The notes beneath the pieces were generated by a model, which was not told where the DNA came from, ran no database searches, and saw only the letters and a list, made by a program, of their open reading frames with translations. The translations under genes were made by a program, and so were the position numbers. Of a stretch of 55,708 nt of DNA, positions 1 to 10,032 are shown one piece after another. Within the stretch, counting starts at the first letter, position 1. Each line of letters starts with the position of its first letter. The stretch is from Opitutaceae bacterium (lineage in GTDB: Bacteria; Verrucomicrobiota; Verrucomicrobiia; Opitutales; Opitutaceae). Where the stretch lies: assembly GCA_035656575.1 (NCBI GenBank), contig DASRSH010000295.1:1-55708 (forward strand), written 5' to 3'.

Positions 1-349
1 GCACCGCCTCGGGTTCCACGGGCCGGCCCCACTCGAACTTGAGCGCGCCGGCGGCGAAGCCGCAGCGCTGGGCGACGTCGTTCCACTTGTCGGAAAAGGC
101 GCCGTTCATGCAGTTGAGGACCTTCTTGCGCGTGACATTGCGCACCGAGCCCTCCATCGCGCCCCAGGCGCTGCTGGTCGAAAGGTAGACGGGATCCTTG
201 GTTCCGAACAGCGATTGCAGCTCGGGCTGGATCGCCTGATACAGGGCGACAAAATCCGCGCTCCGGTGGCCGATCATCGGCTGGGCCATGGCGCGCAAGG
301 TCTTATCCGATACGGCCACGGGGCCCGGGATGTACAGTTTATAGCTCAT
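1..349 (-). CDS. Class V (serine-pyruvate / phosphoserine type) PLP aminotransferase, N-terminal part; the gene runs off the left edge
   Basis: Absent from the ORF track because no stop lies in the window. Reverse complement from ATG (349-347) reads MSYKLYIPGPVAVSDKTLRAMAQPMIGHRSADFVALYQAIQPELQSLFGTKDPVYLSTSSAWGAMEGSVRN..., a typical class V aminotransferase N-terminus. Confidence 0.7.
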   Translation of the reverse strand, partial: MSYKLYIPGPVAVSDKTLRAMAQPMIGHRSADFVALYQAIQPELQSLFGTKDPVYLSTSSAWGAMEGSVRNVTRKKVLNCMNGAFSDKWNDVAQRCGFAAGALKFEWGRPVEPEAV

Positions 350-430
350 GGAAGGCGGTTGGGTCCGGAGTCGGACGCCCGAAAACAGTTTACGCGCGCT
401 TGCGGGTCAACCTTGATTCTCGGTTGCGTC

Positions 431-1639
431 ATGTTGTCCTGGCTGCGCCGCAAGTTCCAATCGTTCGAACTGTACACGATCGATGTGGTGCTGGGACGCC
501 GGGCGGACACCGGGGCGGCGATCTACGGGGCCTTCCTGCAGGTCCTGTCTTGGGGCTGGAACGCCGCCGCGCAGCTCAAGCTGTGGCTGTACCGCAACCG
601 CATTTTGCGCGATCAGCCCCTGGGCTGCCTGGTCGTCGTCGTCGGCAACCTCACGGCGGGGGGGACGGGCAAGACGCCGGTGGTCGAAAAGCTCGCCCGC
701 GCGCTGCGCGACCGCGGGCGCAAGGTCGCGATTCTCAGCCGCGGCTACAAGAGCAAGGCGCCTCCGCCCTGGAAGAAGGGATGGTACTGGCTGACCCACA
801 CCGCGGAACCGCCGCCGCGGGTCGTGAGCGACGGGACGCGCGTGCTGCTCGACAGCGAGCAGGCGGGCGACGAGCCGTACATGCTCGCGCGCAACCTGCC
901 CGGCGTGGCGGTGGTGGTGGACAAGAACCGGGTCAAGGCCGGCCGTTACGCGATCAAGCGCTTCGGCTGCGACACCCTGGTCCTCGATGACGGCTTCCAG
1001 TACATGCCGATCAAGGGCGCGCTCAACCTGCTGCTGGTGGACAAGACCAACCCGTGGGGCAACGGCCGGCTCCTGCCGCGGGGGATCCTGCGCGAGCCGG
1101 TCAAGCACGTGCGCCGCGCGAACTATGTCTTTCTCACCAAGTCCAACGGGCTTCGGGACTCCGAACTGGAGGCGCTGATCGCCCGGCACAATCCCCAGGC
1201 GGACATCATCGAATGCGCCCACCGTCCGCAATACCTCCAGCGCAGCGACCGCGATCCGGCCGACCCGGCGGGGCGCGAGCCTCTCGCCTGGCTCAAGGGC
1301 CGGCGCGTGTACGCCTTCAGCGGCATCGCGACGCCCGAGAGCTTCGAGAAGTTTCTGCGCGACCTGGGCGCGCTGCTGGTCGGCCGGGAGCGTTTCCTGG
1401 ACCATTACCGCTATCAGAAGTCCGACCTGGTCCGGCTGCAGAGGCATGCGGCCAAGGAGCGCGCGGAGTGCCTGGTGACGACGGAGAAGGACGCGGTGCG
1501 GCTGCCCGCGGGCGGACCGGGACTGCCGATTTTCTATCTGCGGCTGGAAATCGAGATCCTGCGCGGGGCGGCCGACTTTGACGAGGCCGTGAGTCGGATT
1601 TGCTTTCCCGGCGGCGTGGGCGTAAAGGGTTCGGGATAG
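431..1639 (+). CDS. lpxK: Tetraacyldisaccharide 4'-kinase (lipid A biosynthesis)
   Basis: Track ORF 215..1639 trimmed to the internal ATG at 431 (MLSWLRRKF...). P-loop context [15 protein letters not shown] followed by ILSRGY is the LpxK signature. The upstream 72 codons overlap the divergent aminotransferase. Confidence 0.85.
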   Translation: MLSWLRRKFQSFELYTIDVVLGRRADTGAAIYGAFLQVLSWGWNAAAQLKLWLYRNRILRDQPLGCLVVVVGNLTAGGTGKTPVVEKLARALRDRGRKVAILSRGYKSKAPPPWKKGWYWLTHTAEPPPRVVSDGTRVLLDSEQAGDEPYMLARNLPGVAVVVDKNRVKAGRYAIKRFGCDTLVLDDGFQYMPIKGALNLLLVDKTNPWGNGRLLPRGILREPVKHVRRANYVFLTKSNGLRDSELEALIARHNPQADIIECAHRPQYLQRSDRDPADPAGREPLAWLKGRRVYAFSGIATPESFEKFLRDLGALLVGRERFLDHYRYQKSDLVRLQRHAAKERAECLVTTEKDAVRLPAGGPGLPIFYLRLEIEILRGAADFDEAVSRICFPGGVGVKGSG

Positions 1640-1651
1640 CCAATTTCACGC

Positions 1652-2776
1652 ATGATCATCGATCCCCGATTTGAACGGCTGGCCGAGGGGCTGGCCGGAT
1701 TTTCCACCTCTCTCGCGCGCGGCGAGCGCGTGCTGATCGACGCCTTCGACGTGCCCGACGAGATGGTGATCGCGCTGGTCCGGGCGGTGCGGGCCCGGGG
1801 CGCCATCCCCTATGTGCAGATCCAGCGGGCGCGGATCGGCCGCGAGCTGGCGCTGGAGGCGACCGAGGCGCAGGTGAGCCTGAGCGCCCGGCTCGAATTG
1901 GAGCGGATGCGGCACATGGACGCCTATATCGCCCTGCGCGGTTCGGGGAACATCTTCGAGGCTTCCGATATTCCCGCCGAGCGGGCGCAGCTGGTCAGCC
2001 GGCTCATGAAGCCGGTGCAGGACCAGCGGGTGGGCAAGACCAAGTGGGTGGTCCTGCGCTGGCCCACCTCCGCCATGGCGCAGCAGGCGGCGATGAGCAC
2101 GGAGGCGTTCGAGGACTTCTTCTTCCGGGTCTGCACGCTCGACTACCGGCGCATGGAGCCGGGGATGAAGGCGCTCGGGGACCTGATGCGCCGGACCGAC
2201 CGCGTGCAGATCAAGGGCCCGGGGACGGACCTGCGCTTTTCGATCCGGGGCATCGGAGCGATGGAATGCGGCGGCAAGCGCAACATTCCCGACGGGGAGG
2301 TGTTCTCCTGTCCGGTCAAGGAGTCGGTCGAGGGGGTGGTGCAGTACAACGCCCCCACCGTTTATCTCGGCACTTCCTTCGACAACATCCGGCTGGTCTT
2401 CCGCAAGGGGAAGGTGGTCGAGGCGACGGGCAGCAACACCAAGCGGCTGAACGAGATCCTGGACAGCGACGCGGGCGCCCGCTACGTGGGCGAATTCGCG
2501 CTCGGCTTCAACCCCCACATCCTCGAGCCCATGCGCGATATTCTCTTCGACGAGAAGATTGCCGGCTCGTTCCATTTCACCCCGGGCCAGGCCTACGACA
2601 AGCCCGGCAACGGCAACCGCTCGCAGGTGCACTGGGACATGGTGTGCATCCAGCGGCCCGAATACGGCGGCGGCGAAATCTGGTTCGACGGGAAGCTGGT
2701 CCGCAAGGACGGCCGCTTCGTGCCCGCGGCCCTGCAAAAGCTGAACCCGGAATACCTGCTCGGGCGCAAGCGATGA
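1652..2776 (+). CDS. M29 family (AmpS/PepS-type thermophilic) aminopeptidase
   Basis: 374-aa ORF. Motifs [20 protein letters not shown] and [14 protein letters not shown] are characteristic of peptidase M29. Confidence 0.85.
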   Translation: MIIDPRFERLAEGLAGFSTSLARGERVLIDAFDVPDEMVIALVRAVRARGAIPYVQIQRARIGRELALEATEAQVSLSARLELERMRHMDAYIALRGSGNIFEASDIPAERAQLVSRLMKPVQDQRVGKTKWVVLRWPTSAMAQQAAMSTEAFEDFFFRVCTLDYRRMEPGMKALGDLMRRTDRVQIKGPGTDLRFSIRGIGAMECGGKRNIPDGEVFSCPVKESVEGVVQYNAPTVYLGTSFDNIRLVFRKGKVVEATGSNTKRLNEILDSDAGARYVGEFALGFNPHILEPMRDILFDEKIAGSFHFTPGQAYDKPGNGNRSQVHWDMVCIQRPEYGGGEIWFDGKLVRKDGRFVPAALQKLNPEYLLGRKR

Positions 2777-3768
2777 GCGGCGGGGTGGCCGAATACGTCC
2801 GGGCGCTGCCGAAGACCGAGACCCACCTCCACATCGAAGGCGCGCTGCCGTATGAGCTGCTGATGGCGTGGCAGCCGGAGCGCTACCTGGCGGAGCCGGA
2901 ATTTCGCGGCGTCCGCTACTGCTATCCCAGCTTTCCGCACTTTGAGGACATCCTGCTGGCGCACGCCGTCCCGTGGTTCACTTCGGCCCAGCGCTACCAC
3001 GATACGGCCCGGGCGATCTTCGCGAGCCACGTCGCCCAGAACGTCCGCTACGTCGAGACCAGCTTTCACCTGCCGGCGGTGCAGTTTGCCGGCGTGCCCG
3101 GGCCGGAAATCGTGGCGGCCATCCGTTCGGCCGCGCCGGCCGGTCTGGAAGTGCGCGTTTTTGCCGGCATGAAGCGCAACGACTACGACGGGCCCCTGCG
3201 GCCGGTGATCGACAGCGTGACGGAATGGCCCGGCCTGGCGGGCATCGACCTGCACGGCTTCGAGCAGGTTCCGACCGAGCCGTGGACGGCGCAGGTCTGG
3301 GCGAAGGCGCGCGCCGCCGGGCTCGTGACCAAGTGCCACGCCGGCGAATTCGACGGCCCCTCCCGGGTGCGCGAGGCCATCGAGGAGCTGGGAGTGACGC
3401 GGGTGCAGCACGGCGTGCGGTCGATCGAGGATCCGGCGGTGGTGGAGCTCGCCGCCCGGCGCGGCGTCACGTTCGATGTCTGCCCCATCAGCAATGTGCG
3501 GCTGGGCGTGGTGCCCTCGATCGCCGAGCATCCCCTGCGGCGGCTGCGGGCGGCGGGCGTCCGCTGCACGGTCAGCACCGACGACCCGCTGTGCTTCGGC
3601 AATACGGTGATCGACGAGTACGTCGCCCTGGCCGAAGAGGCGGGCTTCACGCGCGCCGAGCTGGCGTCGGTCGCGCGCGCGGGCTGGGAGGTCGCCGATG
3701 TGCCGGCGGCGGTGCGGGCGGCGAATCTGGCCGAGATCGAGCGGCTGAGCCGGTCCGCTCCGGGCTGA
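2773..3768 (+). CDS. Adenosine/adenine deaminase family metallo-hydrolase
   Basis: Track ORF 2044..3768 trimmed to the ATG at 2773, which overlaps the upstream TGA (ATGA). N-terminal [14 protein letters not shown] (metal-binding HxH), later CHAGE and STDDP motifs typical of the ADA family. Confidence 0.75.
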   Translation: MSGGVAEYVRALPKTETHLHIEGALPYELLMAWQPERYLAEPEFRGVRYCYPSFPHFEDILLAHAVPWFTSAQRYHDTARAIFASHVAQNVRYVETSFHLPAVQFAGVPGPEIVAAIRSAAPAGLEVRVFAGMKRNDYDGPLRPVIDSVTEWPGLAGIDLHGFEQVPTEPWTAQVWAKARAAGLVTKCHAGEFDGPSRVREAIEELGVTRVQHGVRSIEDPAVVELAARRGVTFDVCPISNVRLGVVPSIAEHPLRRLRAAGVRCTVSTDDPLCFGNTVIDEYVALAEEAGFTRAELASVARAGWEVADVPAAVRAANLAEIERLSRSAPG

Positions 3769-3773
3769 TCGCG

Positions 3774-4823
3774 ATGGCTGCCCTCGTCACGGTTCAAGCT
3801 TCGGGCCGGGCGGACAAGGTTCTGGCCCGCGCGCTGCCCGAACACAGCCGGGCGGGATGGCAGCGGGCCTTCGCGGCCGGGCTCGTGACCCGCGGCGGCC
3901 GGACGCTGGACAAGAACGACGCCGTGAAGGCGGGCGAGGTCATCGCCTACGCGTTTCCGGAGGTGCAGCCCTCGGAACTGACGCCGCGCCCGATCGCGCT
4001 GGATGTCCTGTTCGAGGACCGCTCGCTGCTCGTCGTCAACAAGCCGGCCGGCATGGTGGTGCACCCCGGAGCGGGGACGACGGGGGACACGCTCGTGCAT
4101 GCGCTGCTGGCGCATTGCGCGGGGCAGTTGAGCGGCATCGGCGGGGTCGAACGGCCCGGCATCGTGCACCGCCTCGACCGGGAAACCTCCGGCGCGATCG
4201 TGGTGGCCAAGACCGACGCCGCCCACCGCGGGCTGGCGGAGCAGTTTGCGGCGCGCACCGTGCAAAAGGAATACCTGGCCCTGGTCGCGGGAGTTCCGGC
4301 GCTTTTGAGCGGAAGCATCCGCAAGCCCATCGGCCGGCATCCTCGCCACCGCCACAAGATGATGGCCTTCGAGGAGGATCCCGCGGCGGCGCCCGAGGGC
4401 GACGATACGCCGCACGGCGCCGACGAGGAGAGCGGACCGCGCCGGCGGCACGCCCATACCGACTGGGCGCTGGTGGAGCGGTTCGGCACGGCCGCGGCGC
4501 TGCTGCGCTGCGTGCTGCACACCGGGCGCACGCATCAGATCCGCGTCCACCTCAAGGCCCTGGGGCATGCGATTCTCGGCGATGCCATCTACGGCTTCAA
4601 GGCGGCGCCCGGCCTGCCGGAGATTCCGCGCGTGATGCTGCACGCGGCGCGGCTGGCCTTCGATCATCCCCGGACGGGCCGGCGGCTGGATTTCACGGCG
4701 CCGCCGCCGAAGGATTTCGCGGCGCTTATGAAAGCGCTTCGGCGGCCAGCCCCCAGCGCAGGTTATACAGCGAATGCCGGTAAGCCTCGAAGCCGCCCAA
4801 GTCCGCGACCGCGATCAGCGTAG
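3774..4823 (+). CDS. rluD: RluA-family 23S rRNA pseudouridine synthase (RluD-like) with N-terminal S4 domain
   Basis: Track ORF 2973..4823 trimmed to the ATG at 3774. Catalytic motif GIVHRLDRETSGAIVVAK and C-terminal HQIRVHL. The last ~30 codons (Pro/Arg/Ser-rich) overlap the convergent ppx gene. Confidence 0.85.
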   Translation: MAALVTVQASGRADKVLARALPEHSRAGWQRAFAAGLVTRGGRTLDKNDAVKAGEVIAYAFPEVQPSELTPRPIALDVLFEDRSLLVVNKPAGMVVHPGAGTTGDTLVHALLAHCAGQLSGIGGVERPGIVHRLDRETSGAIVVAKTDAAHRGLAEQFAARTVQKEYLALVAGVPALLSGSIRKPIGRHPRHRHKMMAFEEDPAAAPEGDDTPHGADEESGPRRRHAHTDWALVERFGTAAALLRCVLHTGRTHQIRVHLKALGHAILGDAIYGFKAAPGLPEIPRVMLHAARLAFDHPRTGRRLDFTAPPPKDFAALMKALRRPAPSAGYTANAGKPRSRPSPRPRSA

Positions 4824-5643
4824 CGAGGGCGGCAGGGAAGACGTCCGCGCGGCCCGGCGGAAGCCCCGGCACTTTCCGGCGATCGGCGAGCGGCAGGCCC
4901 CCGACCTGCTCGAGCATGTCGCGCAGCTGCCGGATCGAGATATCCGGCGGCACCTGCTCGTTGACCTGGCCCGCGCGGGCCGCCAGGACGGACCGCACCG
5001 CCGTGAGCGTGCCGCCGGTTCCGATCGCGACCGCCTGGATGGCGAGGGAAAAGTTGGCGGCGGCGACGATGGCGCGCACGTGCGCGGCGATGGCGGCGGC
5101 GGCCTCGGGCCGGAACGGCGCCGCGGCGTCGGGGACGAATTTCTCCGTCAGGCGCACGCAGCCCAGCGGCAGGCTGTCCTCCTGGACGACCCGCCGGTCG
5201 CGAAAGGCCAGGCATTCCAGGCTGCCGCCCCCCAGATCGAAGACATAGAAGTCGCGTTCCCCGGCCAGCTGCGGATCGCACAGCAGCCCGCGCCCGATCA
5301 GGTCGGCCTCCTCCGCCCCGGAGAGGACGCGCACCTCCACGTGGGTCGCGTCCTTGACCCGCGCGCAGAATTCAGCGCCGTTCTCGGCGTCGCGCACGGC
5401 GCTTGTGGCGACGATGATGATCTTGTCCGCGTGGAAGGCCTGGACGTCGGTGGTCAGCTCGGTGACCGCGGCCACGCCGCGCTCCATTCCTTCGGCCCCG
5501 AGCCGCGGGTGGTCGGCGCTGATGCCGGCGCTGATCCGGGCCTCGATGGTCCGGAGCTTTTTCGCGACCACGCGCCCGTCCGCTCCGCGCGCCGCCACGA
5601 GAACCTTGATCGAGTTGCTGCCGATGTCGATGACTCCGACCAT
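4726..5643 (-). CDS. Ppx/GppA family exopolyphosphatase / guanosine pentaphosphate phosphohydrolase (single N-terminal domain, 305 aa)
   Basis: MVGVIDIGSNSIKVLVA... and FDLGGGSLE, the ASKHA-fold phosphate-binding motifs of Ppx/GppA. Confidence 0.8.
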   Translation of the reverse strand: MVGVIDIGSNSIKVLVAARGADGRVVAKKLRTIEARISAGISADHPRLGAEGMERGVAAVTELTTDVQAFHADKIIIVATSAVRDAENGAEFCARVKDATHVEVRVLSGAEEADLIGRGLLCDPQLAGERDFYVFDLGGGSLECLAFRDRRVVQEDSLPLGCVRLTEKFVPDAAAPFRPEAAAAIAAHVRAIVAAANFSLAIQAVAIGTGGTLTAVRSVLAARAGQVNEQVPPDISIRQLRDMLEQVGGLPLADRRKVPGLPPGRADVFPAALATLIAVADLGGFEAYRHSLYNLRWGLAAEALS

Positions 5644-5652
5644 GCGTGATTC

Positions 5653-5718
5653 AAGGGGTCATGTACCAAATTCCAACATGCCGCAACCGGCATGTTGGAA
5701 TTTGGTACATGACCCCTT
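5653..5718. repeat. Perfect inverted repeat: 31-bp arms, 4-nt loop
   Basis: AAGGGGTCATGTACCAAATTCCAACATGCCG-caac-CGGCATGTTGGAATTTGGTACATGACCCCTT read directly. Zero mismatches. Noticeably less GC-rich than the flanks. Fills the rsmI-ppx spacer. Confidence 0.95.
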
Positions 5719-5720
5719 CG

Positions 5721-6389
5721 TCACAGCTCGTAGCCTTCCGGCGCGATCATCAGGACGAACTCGCCCTTCAGCGCCAGGCGGGACAGGCGCGCTTCCACAT
5801 CGGAGGCGGGGCCCGTCAGGAAGGTTTCGTGCACCTTGGTGATTTCCTTGGCGACGCAGACGCAGCGGGCTGGGCCCAGGACCTCGCGGACGTCGGCGAG
5901 CGCGGCGGCGATCCGGTGGCAGCTTTCGTACAGGACCAGGGTGACGTCGCAGGTCCGGTGCTTGTCGAAGAAGGCCCGGCGCGCGCTTGTCTTGGGGGCC
6001 AGGAATCCGGCGAAGAGGTAGCCGTGGGTCGGCAGTCCGCTCGCGCTCAGGGCGGCGACGGCGGCATTGGGGCCGGGCACCGGCACGACAGGCAGCCCCC
6101 GGCGGCGGCAGGCCCGGACGAGGCGGAAGCCCGGATCGCTCAGGGCGGGGGTTCCCGCATCGGTGATCAGGGCGACGCTGCGGCCCGCGCCGATTTCGGC
6201 GGCGATCTGTTCGGCCGCCTCACGCTCGTTGTGTTCGTGATAGGCGATGCGCGGGCGGTCGATGCCCAGCCGGCCCAGCAGCGCGCCGCTCGTGCGCGTG
6301 TCTTCGCAGGCAATCACATCGACCCGCGCCAGCAGCGCCTGGGCGCGGGCGGTCAGGTCGGCCAGGTTGCCGATCGGCGTCGCCACCAC
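5721..6389 (-). CDS. rsmI: 16S rRNA (cytidine1402-2'-O)-methyltransferase
   Basis: VATPIGNLADLTARA..., ACEDTR, ITDAGTP(A)LSDPG and ESCHR motifs of RsmI. GTG start at 6389. The frame stays open up to the TAG at 6449-6447, so the exact start is uncertain. Confidence 0.85.
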   Translation of the reverse strand: MVATPIGNLADLTARAQALLARVDVIACEDTRTSGALLGRLGIDRPRIAYHEHNEREAAEQIAAEIGAGRSVALITDAGTPALSDPGFRLVRACRRRGLPVVPVPGPNAAVAALSASGLPTHGYLFAGFLAPKTSARRAFFDKHRTCDVTLVLYESCHRIAAALADVREVLGPARCVCVAKEITKVHETFLTGPASDVEARLSRLALKGEFVLMIAPEGYEL

Positions 6390-6446
6390 GTACAGATGCC
6401 CCGGAAGCGGGGCCAGGGACGGGTTGTCCAGTGTGATGGATGCAGG

Positions 6447-6623
6447 CTAGTGCCCGCTGGGGTTCGACTGCGGCGTGTCCATGCCCGGGATCTGGCCCTC
6501 CCAGCTGGCGGGCTGATTCCACGGGATCGACGAGTCCTTTTGCGAAGTGATCGAACATCCGCCCGCCAGGAGCGCGCCGGCGGCGGCGAGAAGGAGCACG
6601 AGAATGCGGGTGGGAGAAATCAT
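6447..6623 (-). CDS. Small putative secreted/lipoprotein (58 aa), function unknown
   Basis: Track ORF 6447..6713 trimmed to the ATG at 6623. MISPTRILVLLLAAAGALLAGGC is a signal peptide ending in Cys (imperfect lipobox), followed by a short polar tail. Confidence 0.5.
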   Translation of the reverse strand: MISPTRILVLLLAAAGALLAGGCSITSQKDSSIPWNQPASWEGQIPGMDTPQSNPSGH

Positions 6624-6654
6624 CGGGTGTAGGCGAACGCGGAACGATGCCCGT

Positions 6655-8217
6655 TTACGCCTCGTAAGTCGAGTCGAACCACGGTTCTCGAGCCTGCTTC
6701 TTGACGATCCCATTGGCCGCCAAGTGTTCCAAAATCTTGAAGACGAGCTCAGGGTCGCAACCGATCTCCCCGGCCAGGGCCTCGGCGGTGCGGGGCGGCG
6801 AGCCGGGGCGCAGCGCGGCGCCGATCGTCCGCCGCAGGGAGATGACCGAGGTGGCGGCCTTCTTGCCGGCTTCGACCCCGGGCTGGTGGTAGGCGTTGAT
6901 GCCGATCAAGCTGGCGTACAGCCCGACGACGCGCTCGTACAGCGCGATCAGCGCGCCGACCGTCCGCGGCGACACGTCGGGCACCGTGATGGTCACGGAC
7001 GAGCGGTCCTTCTCGCTCAGCGCGTCGCGCGTCCCCAAATAAAACCCCTGCAGATAGTCGCCGCTGGTGATGCCGGGCTCGACGGCGAGCGACGGGCCGG
7101 CCCGGTCCTTCAGCACCTCGATGAAGGTCACGAAGAAATTGTTCACGCCTTCGCGCAGCTGCTGGACGTACGCATGCTGGTCGGTCGAACCCTTGTTGCC
7201 GTAAACGGCGATGCCCTGATTGACGACACGGCCCTGCAGATCCTTTTCCTTGCCCAATGACTCCATCACCAGCTGCTGCAGGTAGCGCGAAAACAGCAGC
7301 AGCCGGTCCTTGTAGGGCAAGACGACCATGTCCTTGGCGCCCCGGCCGTCGGTCGCGAAATACCACATCAGGGCCAGAAGCGCCGCGGGGTTGTCCCGGG
7401 TGACGGGTTTGCGCGTCGCGACGTCCATGGTCGCGGCGCCGACGAGGAGGGAGTCGATGTCGATGCCCTGCAGGGCGGCGGGCAGCAGACCGACGGCCGC
7501 GAGCTCGCTGGTCCGGCCGCCGACCCAGTCCCACATGGGGAAGCGGGCGAGCCAGCCCTCCTTGTCCGCCAGCTGGTCGAGCTTGGAGCCCACGCCCGTC
7601 ACCGCCACGAAGTGGCGGGCGGGAGTAAGGCCGGCGGCCTGGAAGGCCGCGGCCGCCTCCAATTGACCGTTGCGGGTTTCGACCGTGCCGCCCGACTTGC
7701 TGATCACGACCACCAGCGTTTCGGCCAGCCGGCCGCGGAGTCCGCCCAGCACCAGATCCATGCCGTCCGGATCGGTGTTGTCGAAGAAATGCATCGCCAG
7801 CTTGTCCGCGCCGGGCTGCCCGAGCGCCTGGCTGACGAACTGCGGCCCCAGGGCGGAGCCGCCGATGCCGACGATCAGCGCGTGGCGGAACGGCCCCTTG
7901 GGCCCGGCGACCGCCCCGGTGTGCACCTGACGGGCGAATTCCTTGATCGCCTTGACCGTGCCGGAAATCTCCAGGGCGATATCCTTGGTGGGCGCCAGCT
8001 GCGGAGCGCGCAGCCAGTAGTGGCCCACCATCCGCTTCTCGTCGGGGTTCGCCATTTTGCCCCGCTCCAGTTCGGCCATCGCCTTGAAGGCCTCCTGCAT
8101 CGCGGCTTCGCGGCCGGCCAGGAAATCGTCGGGAAAGGGAATGCGGCTGATGTCGAGCGCGAAGCCGAGCTCGGGAACCGGGCAGAAGAAGGTCTTGAAG
8201 CGCGTCCAGGATTTCAT
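6655..8217 (-). CDS. pgi: Glucose-6-phosphate isomerase
   Basis: Track ORF 6655..9576 trimmed to the ATG at 8217 (MKSWTRF...). [22 protein letters not shown] and [12 protein letters not shown] motifs (SIS domain / PGI signatures). The upstream 450 codons are out-of-frame read-through across ilvD. Confidence 0.9.
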   Translation of the reverse strand: MKSWTRFKTFFCPVPELGFALDISRIPFPDDFLAGREAAMQEAFKAMAELERGKMANPDEKRMVGHYWLRAPQLAPTKDIALEISGTVKAIKEFARQVHTGAVAGPKGPFRHALIVGIGGSALGPQFVSQALGQPGADKLAMHFFDNTDPDGMDLVLGGLRGRLAETLVVVISKSGGTVETRNGQLEAAAAFQAAGLTPARHFVAVTGVGSKLDQLADKEGWLARFPMWDWVGGRTSELAAVGLLPAALQGIDIDSLLVGAATMDVATRKPVTRDNPAALLALMWYFATDGRGAKDMVVLPYKDRLLLFSRYLQQLVMESLGKEKDLQGRVVNQGIAVYGNKGSTDQHAYVQQLREGVNNFFVTFIEVLKDRAGPSLAVEPGITSGDYLQGFYLGTRDALSEKDRSSVTITVPDVSPRTVGALIALYERVVGLYASLIGINAYHQPGVEAGKKAATSVISLRRTIGAALRPGSPPRTAEALAGEIGCDPELVFKILEHLAANGIVKKQAREPWFDSTYEA

Positions 8218-8255
8218 GGCGGTGCGGGTATGGACAGCGAGACGCCGCCCAAAGG

Positions 8256-9959
8256 CTAAAGATTCTTGTCCGTCACCGCGCCCTCCGACGCGCTTGTGAC
8301 CAATCGGGCGTACTTGGCGAGCGCGCCGCGGGTCTCGCGCGGCGGCCGGGGGCGCAGTTTCTTGAACCGGGCGCGGATCTCGGCCTGCGGCAGGTCGAGC
8401 ACGAGCGAGTTCTTGACCGCGTCGATGGTGATGGGATCGCCGTTGCGGACGATCGCGATCGGACCTCCCGCCGCCGCTTCGGGCGTGATGTGGCCGACCA
8501 CGAACCCGTGGCTGCCGCCCGAGAACCGGCCGTCCGTGATCAGGGCGACATCCTTGCCCAGCCCCTTGCCCATCACCGCGCTGGTGGGGGCGAGCATTTC
8601 GCGCATGCCGGGGCCGCCCTTGGGACCCTCGTTGCGGATCACGATGACGTGGCCGGGCTTCACCTTGCCGTCGAGGATGCCGCGCAGCGCGGTCTCCTCG
8701 GACTCGAACACGATGGCCCGGCCGGAGAAGCGCAGGCCCTCCTTGCCCGAGATCTTCGCCACGGCGCCGTCGGGGGCGAGGTTGCCGTAAAGGATGCGCA
8801 AGTGGCTGTCCGGCTTGATCGGGTTGTCGAAGGGACGGACCACATCCTGATTCTCGGGATAGGGGGCGACGTGGCGCAGATTGTCCGCCACGCTCTTGCC
8901 CGTCACGGTCAGGCAATCGCCGTGCAGCAGCCCGCGGTCGAGCAGCACGCGCATCAGCGGCGGCAGCCCGCCGATGCGGCAGAGGTGGACCATGCCGTAC
9001 TTGCCGGAGGGCTTGAGATCCGCCAGAACGGGCACGCGCCGGCCGATCCGGCTGAAGTCGTCGAGGGACAGCTTGACCCCGGCCGTGTAGGCCATGGCCA
9101 GCAGGTGCAGCACCGCGTTGGTGGAGCCGCCGAGCGCGATTACGACGGTGATGGCGTTCTCGAAGGCGCGGCGGGTGAGAATGTCGCGGGGCCGGATGCC
9201 GGCCTTGAGCAAGGCCAGGGCGGCTTCGCCGGCCTTCCGGCAGTCGGCCTTCTTTTCCGGGCTGATGGCGATTTGGCCGGAGCTGTTCGGCAGCGACATG
9301 CCCAGCGCCTCGATGGCGGAGGCCATCGTGTTGGCGGTGTACATGCCCCCGCACGATCCCGGGCCCGGCACGGAGCAGCCCTCGACGGTCTTGAGGCCGC
9401 GGTCGTCGATCAGGCCGGCGGCATGCTTGCCGACGGCCTCGAAGACCGACACGAGGTCGCATTCCTCGCGGGTCTGGGGATGGATGCCGGGAATGATGGT
9501 CCCCCCGTACACGAATACGGACGGCCGGTTGAGCCGCGCCAGGGCCATGAGGCACCCGGGCATGTTCTTGTCGCACCCGCCGATGGCGACGACCGCATCG
9601 AAGCCCTCGGCGCCCGCGACCGTTTCGATGGAGTCGGCGATGATCTCGCGGGAGACCATCGAATAGCGCATCCCCGGCGTGCCCATGCTGATGCCGTCCG
9701 ACACGGTGATCGTGCCGAAGATGATCGCCTTGCCGCCGGCCCCGTCGGCCCCCGCCGCGGCTTCCCGCGCCAGGGCGTCGATGTGCATGTTGCAGGGGGT
9801 GACCATGCTCCAGGTCGAGGCGACGCCCACGATCGGCTTGGCGAAATCCTCGTCCTTGAACCCGACGGCCCGGAGCATGGACCGGTTGGGGGCCCGGTCG
9901 GGTCCGTCGACCACGATCGAGGAGTGCTGGCGCTGCGATTCACGGGAGGTTTCGGCCAT
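8256..9959 (-). CDS. ilvD: Dihydroxy-acid dehydratase
   Basis: [27 protein letters not shown] and [16 protein letters not shown] (Fe-S cluster Cys ligands). Start taken at the ATG at 9959 (MAETS...). The alternative at 10001 adds 14 aa. Confidence 0.9.
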   Translation of the reverse strand: MAETSRESQRQHSSIVVDGPDRAPNRSMLRAVGFKDEDFAKPIVGVASTWSMVTPCNMHIDALAREAAAGADGAGGKAIIFGTITVSDGISMGTPGMRYSMVSREIIADSIETVAGAEGFDAVVAIGGCDKNMPGCLMALARLNRPSVFVYGGTIIPGIHPQTREECDLVSVFEAVGKHAAGLIDDRGLKTVEGCSVPGPGSCGGMYTANTMASAIEALGMSLPNSSGQIAISPEKKADCRKAGEAALALLKAGIRPRDILTRRAFENAITVVIALGGSTNAVLHLLAMAYTAGVKLSLDDFSRIGRRVPVLADLKPSGKYGMVHLCRIGGLPPLMRVLLDRGLLHGDCLTVTGKSVADNLRHVAPYPENQDVVRPFDNPIKPDSHLRILYGNLAPDGAVAKISGKEGLRFSGRAIVFESEETALRGILDGKVKPGHVIVIRNEGPKGGPGMREMLAPTSAVMGKGLGKDVALITDGRFSGGSHGFVVGHITPEAAAGGPIAIVRNGDPITIDAVKNSLVLDLPQAEIRARFKKLRPRPPRETRGALAKYARLVTSASEGAVTDKNL

Positions 9960-10032
9960 GGCAGGAAGGGGGATTTCATTCGATCGGGTTTGACCCGGCA
10001 AGGGCGAAACGCATCACTCGCGGTCTCCGCGC

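Noticed and set aside
6655-9576. 973-aa ORF that would fuse pgi to a long N-terminal extension.
   Set aside because: PGI homology starts at the internal Met (8217). The upstream 450 codons are an alternative frame of ilvD on the same strand, with junk composition.
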